In this document: positions 51,390 through 61,373 of the stretch, in pieces
How the letters are laid out: the number at the start of each line of letters is the position of its first letter
Numbering within the stretch: the stretch's first letter is position 1
Assembly: GCA_949480205.1 (NCBI GenBank)
Contig: CASXXK010000002.1
Location: 1,017 to 65,016, forward strand
Source: an uncultured Candidatus Saccharibacteria bacterium
Lineage (GTDB): Bacteria; Patescibacteriota; Saccharimonadia; Saccharimonadales; Saccharimonadaceae
Reading direction: 5' to 3'
Length of the DNA: 64,000 bases
Translations under genes and position numbers: made by a program
The notes under the pieces: model-generated
Databases searched by the model: none
What the model saw: only the letters and a program-made list of their open reading frames with translations
Told to the model about the DNA's origin: nothing

Positions 51390-52163
51390 ATGGACAACAT
51401 CACTAATGTTACCCTAGCTCTGCGCAAACGCCGTACGAGCTTCCCCGATCCCAGTCAGCGACTCTATTGGCACGATAATGCGCACACTCGCGCCGCTCGA
51501 CGCCAAGCCGCTTTTGCGCGTTGGGTAGATTCATTTCGCTCGGACTTCTATGTCTTTCACCGCGTCACCGGCGTGCACGAATTCAAAACAAACTCTCGAG
51601 TACAAATCAAGTTGTATCTGATGCCCTGCCTACTGGCCAAAGGCGACCCTACAGTTTATCCCATTTTTGAAAAGGAATTCATACTTTATGCCTATATCAA
51701 TAAAGTTGTCCCCTACGAAGACAACGAATGGATCTCTGTATACGCCACCGCTGGACGGCTCCAGAGGCAAAAAATTGGCACACATTTTCCGGAACCGTAT
51801 TACTGGCACGCCGAAGAGATTTTGGGCAAGGTTCCTTTTCCGGTTTCCGTACGCGCTCGTGGTGCCGACAAAGACACACCTGAACTCGACTCCGTCTCAG
51901 CACTGAGGTTCTACAGCTTTCACCTACGTTTCCATCCCTCCACTACCTACGAAAAACGTTATGGTATTATCGACCAGATGTGGGATTCAGAAGGACACGA
52001 GCTCAAACTGAGCCTACCTCCGGCCATCGAACCCTTAACCGAAATAACTACAACTTGCACCAGCCCCCAATCAAAACTTATCGAAGACTTCAATTCCTTT
52101 CTAAAATCACGAAAGCCTAACGCTTTATCAATTCTGCCTGAAGCGTTAGGCTCCAAAGACTAG
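51390..52163 (+). CDS. Hypothetical protein (accessory)
   Basis: SD AAGGA; terminator aaagactaggcgcgcctagtctttt overlapping the stop. Confidence 0.7.
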   Translation: MDNITNVTLALRKRRTSFPDPSQRLYWHDNAHTRAARRQAAFARWVDSFRSDFYVFHRVTGVHEFKTNSRVQIKLYLMPCLLAKGDPTVYPIFEKEFILYAYINKVVPYEDNEWISVYATAGRLQRQKIGTHFPEPYYWHAEEILGKVPFPVSVRARGADKDTPELDSVSALRFYSFHLRFHPSTTYEKRYGIIDQMWDSEGHELKLSLPPAIEPLTEITTTCTSPQSKLIEDFNSFLKSRKPNALSILPEALGSKD

Positions 52164-52180
52164 GCGCGCCTAGTCTTTTT

Positions 52181-52444
52181 CTATTGCAGCACCCAATAGT
52201 TTACTTCATCAAAAGTTGGCAACATCTCGCCCCGCCACAAAGCTAAAACACCACCGTCATTATCAATAGCGATGATTGTGGGGTATTCAACAATATCATA
52301 AGCCCGACACAAGCTTTCACCTTCAATAGAATCCGGATCAATGCTTTCAATTTCTACTCCCGTACGACGTTCAAATTCCGTCAGCCATTCTTCCACCGTT
52401 CGGCCATAATCACTAGCCCGACGCCAAACACATACTACTCGCAT
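52181..52444 (-). CDS. Thioredoxin-fold protein lacking CxxC
   Basis: YDIVEYPTIIA (cis-Pro motif); overlaps the nrdR stop. Confidence 0.65.
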   Translation of the reverse strand: MRVVCVWRRASDYGRTVEEWLTEFERRTGVEIESIDPDSIEGESLCRAYDIVEYPTIIAIDNDGGVLALWRGEMLPTFDEVNYWVLQ

Positions 52445-52896
52445 ATTCCACACCCTTTCCCTCTCCGTTCCCGGAGAATTCTTTCAAAATCGTCTAATGT
52501 TGTAAATTTCAAAAACACGCTAGCGAAACGTACATAAGCCACCTCGTTGCGCTCCGCCAGGACATCTAGTACCGCGTTACCAACTTGTTCTGACGTTGCC
52601 TCATCTTCGGTACACTGGCGGAGATGGTTCTCGACTTGGTTCACGACCTCCTCTACTTCCAACTCAGAATTCATAAACTTACCTACACTACGCCGCACTG
52701 AATTAATCAACTTATCCCGGTCGAACACCTCACGATTGCCGCTACGCTTGCGCACAAACAACTGTGGCAATTCAATCCGCTCGTAGGTCGTGAACCGATG
52801 ACCGTCGGCGCTCACGCGCCGACGGCGAATCGTGGTGCCATCATCAGTTTCCCGGCTCTCGAGCACTTTACTATCACCAATTCTCGGAGTCGTCAT
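52435..52896 (-). CDS. nrdR: Transcriptional repressor NrdR (Cys-less zinc ribbon)
   Basis: SKVLESR, IRRRR, RFTTYE, ATP cone, VAYVRFASV. Confidence 0.92.
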   Translation of the reverse strand: MTTPRIGDSKVLESRETDDGTTIRRRRVSADGHRFTTYERIELPQLFVRKRSGNREVFDRDKLINSVRRSVGKFMNSELEVEEVVNQVENHLRQCTEDEATSEQVGNAVLDVLAERNEVAYVRFASVFLKFTTLDDFERILRERRGKGCGICE

Positions 52897-52902
52897 TTTG
52901 TA

Positions 52903-54201
52903 TTACTCCTTACCTTTTCCGCGTAAGCGGTCACGTAAACTGGGCGGCACGTCCAAATCGTCTTCACTCTCAGTCCGAATTGAGTCCCACATATTAGAAC
53001 GGTCTTGAGCTGTAAAATCTGCACTGACCGGCTCGGTCGGCTGATTATTCGCCGGCTGCGGCGTGTTTACCGTTGTACTCTGACCAGCGCCATAACTGCC
53101 ATAGTTACTACCATAATTATTATATCCGCCACTATAACTAGTAGTATTAGAATTCATTTCTACAACGTTGCTTTGTGGCATGACATCAGCTACAGTCTGC
53201 GTTGCCATAGTCTGACGATCTGCAGCCTCGCGTTCTGCGTCTAATTTTCGATAATATTCCGAATCAAAGCCAGTCGCCACCACCGTCACCACAATCTCAT
53301 CTTCCAACTCTGGACGAATACTGGCACCGAAAATAATATTGGCATCTGGAGCCACCGCCGCAGTAATCACCTCAGCTGCATCTTGCACTTCGCTCATTGC
53401 CATATCGTATCCACCAGCCACCGAGAAGAGCACACCACGAGCACCATCAATCTTCACCTCAATCAATGGGCTTTCAATTGCCTGCTGAGCTGCCAAAACT
53501 GCACGATTATCACCGCTTGCCCGACCAATGCCCATCAAAGCCGAGCCAGCGTTCTTCATCACTGCCTTGACGTCGGCAAAGTCGAGGTTAATCAAACTAT
53601 GCTCGGTGATCAACTCCGAAATTCCTTGCACGCCCTGACGCAAAACGTCGTCCGCAATCTTAAATGTCTCCAAAAGCGGCGTCCGCGGGTCAATCGTCTG
53701 CAATAAGCGGTCATTTGGAATTGTAATCAAAGCATCAACATTCTTGGACAAGTTCTCAATTGCAGAATCGGCATTCTCACGTCGTTTAGCCCCTTCAAAA
53801 GTAAACGGTTTTGTGGCCACACCTACCGTCAAAATATCACGATTGCGAGCTTCCTCAGCTACAATTGGACCGGCACCAGAACCAGTACCGCCACCAGCAC
53901 CGAGGGTAATGAAGGCCATATCGGCACCCTCCAAGGCCTTACCAATTGCCTCGCGGGCACTCTCAGCCGCATCACGGCCTTTTTCTGGATCACCACCGGC
54001 TCCCAAGCCACGACCAATATGAACCTTGGTCTCAGCCGTGGAATGATGTAAAGCCTGAGCATCGGTATTCACCGCTACAAACTCCACACCAGACAAACCG
54101 ACTTCTTTCATTCGATTAATTGCTGCATTGCCTGCGCCACCTACACCGACAACCTTAATACTTGCTGAACTCTCTACCTCTGTTGGCTTAATCTCAGGCA
54201 T
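52903..54201 (-). CDS. ftsZ: Cell division protein FtsZ
   Basis: GVGGAGNAA, GGGTGSG, NLDFAD, C-terminal LDVPPSLR. Confidence 0.98.
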   Translation of the reverse strand: MPEIKPTEVESSASIKVVGVGGAGNAAINRMKEVGLSGVEFVAVNTDAQALHHSTAETKVHIGRGLGAGGDPEKGRDAAESAREAIGKALEGADMAFITLGAGGGTGSGAGPIVAEEARNRDILTVGVATKPFTFEGAKRRENADSAIENLSKNVDALITIPNDRLLQTIDPRTPLLETFKIADDVLRQGVQGISELITEHSLINLDFADVKAVMKNAGSALMGIGRASGDNRAVLAAQQAIESPLIEVKIDGARGVLFSVAGGYDMAMSEVQDAAEVITAAVAPDANIIFGASIRPELEDEIVVTVVATGFDSEYYRKLDAEREAADRQTMATQTVADVMPQSNVVEMNSNTTSYSGGYNNYGSNYGSYGAGQSTTVNTPQPANNQPTEPVSADFTAQDRSNMWDSIRTESEDDLDVPPSLRDRLRGKGKE

Positions 54202-54265
54202 AGTTTTCGTACCTCGCTTATCCTCTCTTTTCTTCCTCTAGTATACCATACATCTACTAGTTTTA

Positions 54266-55489
54266 TTAAAATTTACTCAAGAAACGCTTAAACGCACCTG
54301 GTTTCTTATCTTTTTTAGATTTACCACGCGGTTTTTTACCCTGACCAGCCATTCCTCCGTCCAAAGATGCCAGCATCAAGCCCACCGCCGTAGCATATTC
54401 AGGCTTGCCCAATACATCTGTCATACCAGAAAGTCCAGTCGGTACACCAATCTTGACTGACGTCTGCAAAACTTCGCGAACAAATTTATCAATATCGCGC
54501 ATCTTAGCTCCGCCACCAGTCAACACTACTCCTTCCGGCAAACGCTGCTCATAATGTGCCTTTTTCAACTCCTTACGTACCAAATCCAAAATTTCTTCAA
54601 TCCGCGCCTGCACTACTTCGTCAATCTGACTACGTTCAAACCTTAGTTCTTTACCACGCCAACGAATCACTACGGGAGCATCTACTGAACCAAAACTACC
54701 CGTCGCAAACCGACGTTTAATCTCCTCCGCCACCTCAGTATCAATAGCCAACATTACCGCCAAATCATTGGTAATGTTGTTTGAACCCACTGGTACTACG
54801 CCGATGTACTGCAAGTCGTTCTCTTCATAAACCGCTACACCCGTCGTTGCAGCACCAATATCTACCACCGCTACGCCATTCTCACGCTGGCGTTCAGTTA
54901 ACACCGCACGCGCTGCCGCCTCGACACTCGGAATCACCTGCTCCGCCGTAACGTTGGCCTGATCAGCCGTCTTGCGCAAATTCTCATAATTCGGCGTCAT
55001 GGTTGACACCACATTAGCCTTCATCTCCAATCGCGAGCCAGTCATCCCTAACGGATCTTTGATTCCGCCTTGGCCATCCAAGATAAACTGCAGAGGAATC
55101 ACCTTCAACACGGCTTGATTAGCTGGAATCCGCCCCTGCAGAGCTACATCCTCAACCCGTGCTAGATCACTATCGGTAATTTCGTGCTCCATGCCGCCCA
55201 CAGCAATCATTCCCTCTGTGCGCGTCGACACAATCTGTGCGCCGTTGATGGAAATCGTAGCGCTATTCACCTCGTGGCCACTCATACGTTCAGCTTCGCC
55301 CAAAGCGCGATCTATCGCCTGTGCTGGACCAGATAAATTGGCTACTACACCACGTCGCATACCGGAATTTAGCACCTCAGCATAGCCAATCACATTCAAA
55401 GCACCCCCATGCGTTACGCTGGCCACCACTGTGCGCACATTATTTGTGCCCACATCTAGACCAACTGCGTAGCGTGAAATTTCATCCAT
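54266..55489 (-). CDS. ftsA: Cell division protein FtsA
   Basis: GLDVGT, DIGAATT, VLTGGGA, YATAVGL, amphipathic tail. Confidence 0.95.
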   Translation of the reverse strand: MDEISRYAVGLDVGTNNVRTVVASVTHGGALNVIGYAEVLNSGMRRGVVANLSGPAQAIDRALGEAERMSGHEVNSATISINGAQIVSTRTEGMIAVGGMEHEITDSDLARVEDVALQGRIPANQAVLKVIPLQFILDGQGGIKDPLGMTGSRLEMKANVVSTMTPNYENLRKTADQANVTAEQVIPSVEAAARAVLTERQRENGVAVVDIGAATTGVAVYEENDLQYIGVVPVGSNNITNDLAVMLAIDTEVAEEIKRRFATGSFGSVDAPVVIRWRGKELRFERSQIDEVVQARIEEILDLVRKELKKAHYEQRLPEGVVLTGGGAKMRDIDKFVREVLQTSVKIGVPTGLSGMTDVLGKPEYATAVGLMLASLDGGMAGQGKKPRGKSKKDKKPGAFKRFLSKF

Positions 55490-55539
55490 AAGCTCATTAT
55501 AGCGTAATTCCCAGAAATTACAACCGTCAAAATCTACAG

Positions 55540-56325
55540 TTAATCTGGCAAAGTCAAAACTTCACATCCATCTTCGGTTACCAAAATCGTGTGCTCACAG
55601 TGACAGCCAATCGAACCATCCTTCATTTTTACCGTCCAGTTACTATCCCTATCCACATAATTGGCTGGCTTGCCTAGGCATGACATTGGCTCAATACAAA
55701 TCGTATCCCCCGCCTTCAAAGTATAACCATGACCACGTGCGCCATAATTCGGCACATCTGGCTTCATGTGCATCTCTTTACCAATACCATGACCGATATA
55801 ATTTTCAATCACACCCAACTTACCTTGCCGCAGCACCTTTTCTACAGCGTAACCGATATCGCCAATCTTAGCTCCTGCGCGTACCACATCAATCCCCTCC
55901 CATAGCGAACGCTCTGTCGTTTTAATCATCTGTTTCACAGCCGGCGAGCCCGTTCCACCAACCAACATCGTAAAGGCTGAATCAGTATAATAGCCATCGT
56001 AAAGAATGTCTAGATCAAAGCTTACTTTATCGCCTTCCTCAAGTGGCTCGTCGGTTGGCGCACCGTGCACCAGCTCATCATTTACGGAGATACAAATTGC
56101 CCCCGGAAAACTCTCTTCCAGATAATCATAGGCTACTTTTGCCCCACGCTTCACGATCTCCGCTCGTACCCAAGCATCAATTTCCTTCCCCGTCATACCT
56201 GGCTGTACATATTCTTTCAAATCGCGCAATAAATTGCCTAAAATCTTTCCGCCCGTCCGCATTGCAGCGATTTTCTGCGCCAAATCTTCATTATTTAGAC
56301 ACTTGTGTTCAATTTTTTTATTCAT
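55540..56325 (-). CDS. map: Methionine aminopeptidase
   Basis: CISVNDELVHG, D..D, GHGIG, IEP, HCEHTI. Confidence 0.96.
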   Translation of the reverse strand: MNKKIEHKCLNNEDLAQKIAAMRTGGKILGNLLRDLKEYVQPGMTGKEIDAWVRAEIVKRGAKVAYDYLEESFPGAICISVNDELVHGAPTDEPLEEGDKVSFDLDILYDGYYTDSAFTMLVGGTGSPAVKQMIKTTERSLWEGIDVVRAGAKIGDIGYAVEKVLRQGKLGVIENYIGHGIGKEMHMKPDVPNYGARGHGYTLKAGDTICIEPMSCLGKPANYVDRDSNWTVKMKDGSIGCHCEHTILVTEDGCEVLTLPD

Positions 56326-56860
56326 TTTTTGCCTCTGTTATTGCTTGATTAATTCGCATTTTGACTTCCTCTATCGTCCCTAATCCATCAATATCTTTAA
56401 TCTTAACGCCTTTTGCTTGCAAAATCTGACAAACTGAATAAATATTTTGTTCAACTATTCGGAATCTCTCTGTTATTGCCTCCAAACTCTGATCGTCAGC
56501 CCTACCTCGCAGCATCATCCGATGAATTAACTCGTCTTTTGGTACAATAATCCGAATCACCACTTCAACTCTGTCGGCTACATTCTCCGCAATCCATTCT
56601 GCCTGATCCGTTGTGCGCGGGTAGCCGTCCACCACTGCATCCTTGCCCGAAGCAAATACCTCCGCCATCGCCTGGCCCATCAATGGAATTGTAATTGTAT
56701 CTGGCACCAACTCACCCTGTCGCTGCAATTCGTGCACCGCTTCATCTGGCGTATCACGCAGCACTTGCCCGGCTGACAGCCATACCCTGCCAGTCTCCTC
56801 AGCCAACATTTGCCCCTGTGTACTTTTACCTGACCCCGCTAAACCCATAAGTATAATCAT
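56318..56860 (-). CDS. adk: Adenylate kinase (short, no LID)
   Basis: GLAGSGKSTQ, GELVPD, DGYPR, RGRADD; true start at ATG 56860. Confidence 0.9.
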   Translation of the reverse strand: MIILMGLAGSGKSTQGQMLAEETGRVWLSAGQVLRDTPDEAVHELQRQGELVPDTITIPLMGQAMAEVFASGKDAVVDGYPRTTDQAEWIAENVADRVEVVIRIIVPKDELIHRMMLRGRADDQSLEAITERFRIVEQNIYSVCQILQAKGVKIKDIDGLGTIEEVKMRINQAITEAKNE

Positions 56861-56923
56861 GTTTCTATTATACATCAAAAGAGGGTTGCATAATAGAGAT
56901 ATATTTGATATAATGTCCCTAGT

Positions 56924-57142
56924 ATGGCAATCAAAGTTACACGTAAAGATCAGAACGAGGCTAATGAAAACCTCATTCGTCGCTTCAATCGTAAGGTTTT
57001 GCAGAGTGGTATTATGCCTCTCAAGAAGTCGCAAATGCGCTTCTCGAAGCCAATTTCGAAGCGTGAACGCCGCAGCAAGGCTATCATCCGCGAAATTCGT
57101 CGCGCCGAGAAAGCCGAACGCATGCGCCTTGGGCTGAAATAG
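56924..57142 (+). CDS. rpsU: 30S ribosomal protein S21
   Basis: ENLIRRFNRKV, FSKP..RR. Confidence 0.85.
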   Translation: MAIKVTRKDQNEANENLIRRFNRKVLQSGIMPLKKSQMRFSKPISKRERRSKAIIREIRRAEKAERMRLGLK

Positions 57143-57145
57143 TAA

Positions 57146-57173
57146 AAATAACCTCGCAAGAGGTTATTTTTTA
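57146..57173. terminator. Bidirectional terminator
   Basis: aaaataacctc-gcaa-gaggttatttt. Confidence 0.8.
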
Positions 57174-57184
57174 TTGCATTAATA

Positions 57185-58813
57185 CTATATTACTGCCAAC
57201 TTTACGATTCTTCCCTCCACGCTACGCAATCCCCGAAACTCATTCTCACCCAAAGTAATCCAGGCATTAATTGTTTCCCCACCCCGTAACTTCAGATACT
57301 CTTCTGGCGCGTAAAATTGGATCAACTTAAGGCTTTTGCCATTTTGATCCCATACCGTCAAACGCAAATGTTTGCCGTCTGCCCCTAGTTTAGCCGCTTC
57401 GATTACGCGCACTTCCGGCAACAAGAAAATCGGCTCTTCGTTACCAACACCATAAGGCTCTAACTTCTGCAATTCTGCCACCAACTCTAGAGACAACTGC
57501 TCAAAATCAGCCACAGCTAAATCTTCCTTCACATCCAGGAATCGCTCCTGATTTTTGAGCTGCAAACCGTCATAATATGCGTTGATTGCTCGCCGAAAAT
57601 CAGCAATTTTGTCTTTTGCCACCCTTAGGCCGCAGGCTTCGGCGTGGCCGCCACCAGAAATAATATAGTCTTTGCAAACCATCAACGCCTCTGCCAAATT
57701 AAATTCGCCGAAGCTGCGGCCGGAACCTTTATATCCCTCGCCGGTTTCGGCGAGCACAATGGCGGGGCGGTGATATTGCTCTACTAGCTTACCCGCCACA
57801 ATGCCCAAAATGCCTTCATGCCAATCTCCGCATTCTACCATCACCGCCCCGCCATCCACGCCGCGGGTCGCAATCTCTTTCAGCGCTGCCTGCTGCTGCG
57901 TTTTGCGAGCCTTATTCAAATTCTCCAACTGCAATGCCAACGCCGCCGCCTGTGGCCGGCTCTCTGCCAGCAGCAGTTGCAGCGCCAACTCTGCACTTTC
58001 CATGCGACCCGCGGCGTTCAGACGCGGCCCAACCTGAAACCCCACAGCTTCGCTGTTCATTTTCTTCATCCCCGCGGCCAGCATCAGCTCCTTCAACCCC
58101 GCGCGCCGCGTCTTTTCCAAAACCTTAAACCCATAATAGCACAATCGCCGATTCTCCCCCCGGAGCCGCATACTATCACACACCGTACCAATCAATACAA
58201 GATCCAATAACCATTTCTCTTGCCCCTCCGGAACCATCCCCGCCCGCACCAATGCCTGAGCTAATTTGAATACCACCCCCACTCCAGCCAGGTCTCGCAG
58301 CTGGCGAATACTCTCTTCGCCAGCTCCAAAATCTCGTCGCTTGGGATTAATCACGGCAATAGCATTAGGCAAAGTATCCGCGCATTCATGGTGATCTGTA
58401 ATGATCACATCCACGCCAACAGTATTCAACTGTTCTACAATCTCGTGATTACGGCTGCCGCAGTCTACCGTCATCACCAACTTCCCCTCTGTTTCTACGG
58501 CTCGTTGTACAACTTTTGTACTCATACCATACCCATCCGTAAACCGGTTAGGCAACATAATTTCGATATTTTTTGCCGGAACCCCCGCTAAGACCAAAGC
58601 ATCATGCAACACCGTACTCGCCGTCACACCATCGGCGTCGTAATCTCCGTAGATGATGATTTTCTCGCCCCCTTCAACTGCCTGACGAATTCTCTCTACA
58701 GCCTCCTTAATATCCGGAAGCGTCTCCGCGTCCACACACTCCTCATATTTTGGGTTCAAAAAACCTGGCTCTACCTCCCGCACCCGCAGTAGTTCTTCAA
58801 ATAGCGCGCTCAC
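57185..58813 (-). CDS. recJ: ssDNA exonuclease RecJ
   Basis: GDYDADG, DCG, TDHH, PRLNAAGR, GSGRS, GGHAEACG. Confidence 0.95.
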   Translation of the reverse strand: MSALFEELLRVREVEPGFLNPKYEECVDAETLPDIKEAVERIRQAVEGGEKIIIYGDYDADGVTASTVLHDALVLAGVPAKNIEIMLPNRFTDGYGMSTKVVQRAVETEGKLVMTVDCGSRNHEIVEQLNTVGVDVIITDHHECADTLPNAIAVINPKRRDFGAGEESIRQLRDLAGVGVVFKLAQALVRAGMVPEGQEKWLLDLVLIGTVCDSMRLRGENRRLCYYGFKVLEKTRRAGLKELMLAAGMKKMNSEAVGFQVGPRLNAAGRMESAELALQLLLAESRPQAAALALQLENLNKARKTQQQAALKEIATRGVDGGAVMVECGDWHEGILGIVAGKLVEQYHRPAIVLAETGEGYKGSGRSFGEFNLAEALMVCKDYIISGGGHAEACGLRVAKDKIADFRRAINAYYDGLQLKNQERFLDVKEDLAVADFEQLSLELVAELQKLEPYGVGNEEPIFLLPEVRVIEAAKLGADGKHLRLTVWDQNGKSLKLIQFYAPEEYLKLRGGETINAWITLGENEFRGLRSVEGRIVKLAVI

Positions 58814-59109
58814 CCCAGAGACTTATCGGCTTTGTTAGTTTTTGACATCTGCTGAGACTTAATCACCATGCTTTGCAGCTCCTTGAGCAGTGGGAATTGC
58901 TTATTCATCTGATAAATCTTGGTGTTGCCTTTCTGCGTTACCAGCAAAAAACCACCCCGCTCTAACCTCTGTAACTCACGTTGAATATTGCCTGGATCTT
59001 CCTTAATCAACTTTGACAACGCACGCACATGTGTCTTAAAATCTGGATACTTTGCAAAAACCACCACAATCTTGCGCCGCACTCGTGATGTAATGAAGAT
59101 ATCTAACAT
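58810..59109 (-). CDS. Winged-helix (ArsR/MarR-like) protein
   Basis: HVRALSKLIKEDPGNIQRELQRLE..G HTH and wing. Confidence 0.75.
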   Translation of the reverse strand: MLDIFITSRVRRKIVVVFAKYPDFKTHVRALSKLIKEDPGNIQRELQRLERGGFLLVTQKGNTKIYQMNKQFPLLKELQSMVIKSQQMSKTNKADKSLG

Positions 59110-59189
59110 TTTACCTCTCCTCTGCCCCTATTATACGCCTTTGTTGTGAATTTTACAAACCCCAAATTGCCGTATGCTATAATATCCAC

Positions 59190-61289
59190 ATGTACTACGA
59201 GGTGATACCGACAGAAGTCTTTCGGGAAAATGGCAGCACATTGACCTATCAGTCCGACCAAAAGCTCCTCCCTGGGCAAGTGGTTTTGATACCGCTCGGG
59301 CGGCGAACCGTAACCGGAATTGTCCTCAGACGGGTCCAGAAGGCTAAATTTGCCACCAAACCCATCAACCGCCTTATCACAGCCACCCCAATCCCCAAAC
59401 ACCTCTTGGCGGCCGCTAGATGGCTCTCTGGTTACTATCTCTCTCCGCTTCCGGCTTGCGCCAACCTCATCCTCCCCGCCGGTCTTACCGCTAGAGGAGC
59501 GATTCGCTCTGCCGATGTGAATACGAGTAATAATGAACCCACCTCTAGTGCGTGCGTCAGTATAAACAGGGCCGAAGTTCAGAGACGTGTTACAAGTCCG
59601 CAGGACAACACGTCGAAAACTTCACCCGTCACTGACAAGCACACTAGAGGTGGAGCTAATATTGGTTTGAGTCCATATCAACAGGGGAAGTTACCGATCA
59701 TAGAACTCAATACCGCCCAGCAAAAGGCCCTTAAGACCCTCCAGGAAGCCCCAGGAGCTACTCGTTTACTCAGAGGCGTTACTGGTAGCGGTAAAACCAA
59801 TATCTACCTCAAAATGGCTGCTAATACCCTCAAACAACAAAAATCAGTTATTATTTTGGTTCCAGAAATCGCCCTCACTAGCCAACTAGTAAAAATTTTT
59901 GAACAAACCTTTGGTAATCTCGTCACACTCATCCATTCCAATCAGGCCATGACCGAACGGCGAAAAACCTGGCTCACCTTACTCGAAGAAACCTATGAAC
60001 GCCACCCATCGGCGCCGCAAATTATCATTGGGCCAAGATCAGCCCTACTCTCCCCGGTTGGTAACTTAGGTCTAATTATCATCGACGAAGCCCACGAAAG
60101 TGCCTATTATCAAGAAAATTCGCCCCGATATTCAGCTCTGCGCCTAGCTAGTTTTATCGCTCACCAGCTCAAAATCCCCTGCGTTGCCGGCACTGCCACT
60201 CCCAATATCGTCGATTATCATCTAGCCAAAACCTACAATTCTCTCATTGAACTCTCACAAAAGGCTAAAACTACTGCAATTGACCCAGAAATTACCATCG
60301 TCGACCTCAAAGATCGTGCCAATTTTCTAAAAAATCGTTATTTTTCCAATCAATTACTCACCAAAATTAGCGAAAACCTGCAAAACCACCACCAAACCCT
60401 AATTTTTCACAACCGTCGTGGTTCTTCCCCACTTACTATCTGTGAAGAATGCGGTTGGCAAGCCCTCTGCCCCGAATGCTACCTCCCAATGACTCTGCAC
60501 GCCGACGGTTACCTTCTCACCTGCCATATCTGTGGTCACGAAGAAAAAGTTCCATCATCTTGCCCCAATTGTCACCATCCCAACATCATCCATAAGGGTT
60601 TTGGTACCAAACTCCTGGAAACTGAACTTAGTCGACTATTCCCTAATGCCAAAATTATGCGATTTGATGGCGACAATAAAAAAGACACCGATCTTGCACA
60701 CCTCTATCAATCCGTCAAAGCCGGCGAAATCGATATCCTGATTGGCACTCAAACCCTAGCCCGAGGATTAGATTTGCCACATCTGGCCACCGTTGGTATC
60801 GTTCAAGCCGACGCCGGGCTAGCTCTACCTGATTTTGCCGCCGAAGAACGCAGTTTTGAGCTCTTGGCCCAAGTTATCGGGCGCGTTGGACGTGGACATC
60901 TGGACACCGCCAACGTCGTCGTCCAAACTTATCAACCCGACCACCCAGTTATTCAAACCGCTCTCAAAGCTGATTTTTCCAACTTTGCCCAATATCTCCT
61001 TAAAAAACGCCACACCCAGCAATTACCACCTTTTACCTATCTTGCCCGTCTCACTATCACTTACAAAACCGAAAAAACCACCCTCGCCAAAATCCAGCAA
61101 GCCCACCACGCCCTCAGTCAAATCCCCGACATCCAGGTTTCGCCACCCATGCCCGCCTTTCACGAACGCGGAAACCGCGGGTTTACCTGGCAGCTCATCA
61201 TCAAGTCAACTTCGCGATCCGCACTACAAAAATCCCTCATGCCTTTCCAGAAATTCCGCATCGAACTCGACCCACCATCATTGCTCTAA
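59190..61289 (+). CDS. priA: Primosomal protein N'
   Basis: GVTGSGKT, DEAH, NRRG, four CxxC, GTQ, QVIGRVGR. Confidence 0.95.
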   Translation: MYYEVIPTEVFRENGSTLTYQSDQKLLPGQVVLIPLGRRTVTGIVLRRVQKAKFATKPINRLITATPIPKHLLAAARWLSGYYLSPLPACANLILPAGLTARGAIRSADVNTSNNEPTSSACVSINRAEVQRRVTSPQDNTSKTSPVTDKHTRGGANIGLSPYQQGKLPIIELNTAQQKALKTLQEAPGATRLLRGVTGSGKTNIYLKMAANTLKQQKSVIILVPEIALTSQLVKIFEQTFGNLVTLIHSNQAMTERRKTWLTLLEETYERHPSAPQIIIGPRSALLSPVGNLGLIIIDEAHESAYYQENSPRYSALRLASFIAHQLKIPCVAGTATPNIVDYHLAKTYNSLIELSQKAKTTAIDPEITIVDLKDRANFLKNRYFSNQLLTKISENLQNHHQTLIFHNRRGSSPLTICEECGWQALCPECYLPMTLHADGYLLTCHICGHEEKVPSSCPNCHHPNIIHKGFGTKLLETELSRLFPNAKIMRFDGDNKKDTDLAHLYQSVKAGEIDILIGTQTLARGLDLPHLATVGIVQADAGLALPDFAAEERSFELLAQVIGRVGRGHLDTANVVVQTYQPDHPVIQTALKADFSNFAQYLLKKRHTQQLPPFTYLARLTITYKTEKTTLAKIQQAHHALSQIPDIQVSPPMPAFHERGNRGFTWQLIIKSTSRSALQKSLMPFQKFRIELDPPSLL
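59539..59653. repeat. Palindromic element in-frame within priA
   Basis: ccacctctagtg / cactagaggtgg terminal IR; core homologous to 16101-16164. Confidence 0.88.
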
Positions 61290-61373
61290 TAAAAAACGAG
61301 GGCTCGGCCTCGCTCCGAAAGGAACCAAGTCGCCCTCATCTACCACGAATTATAGCACATATTGCAACCCAAA

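Noticed and set aside
56861-57034. Long N-terminal extension of adk
   Set aside because: It overlaps rpsU antisense; the P-loop begins right after ATG 56860, which has its own -10 box.
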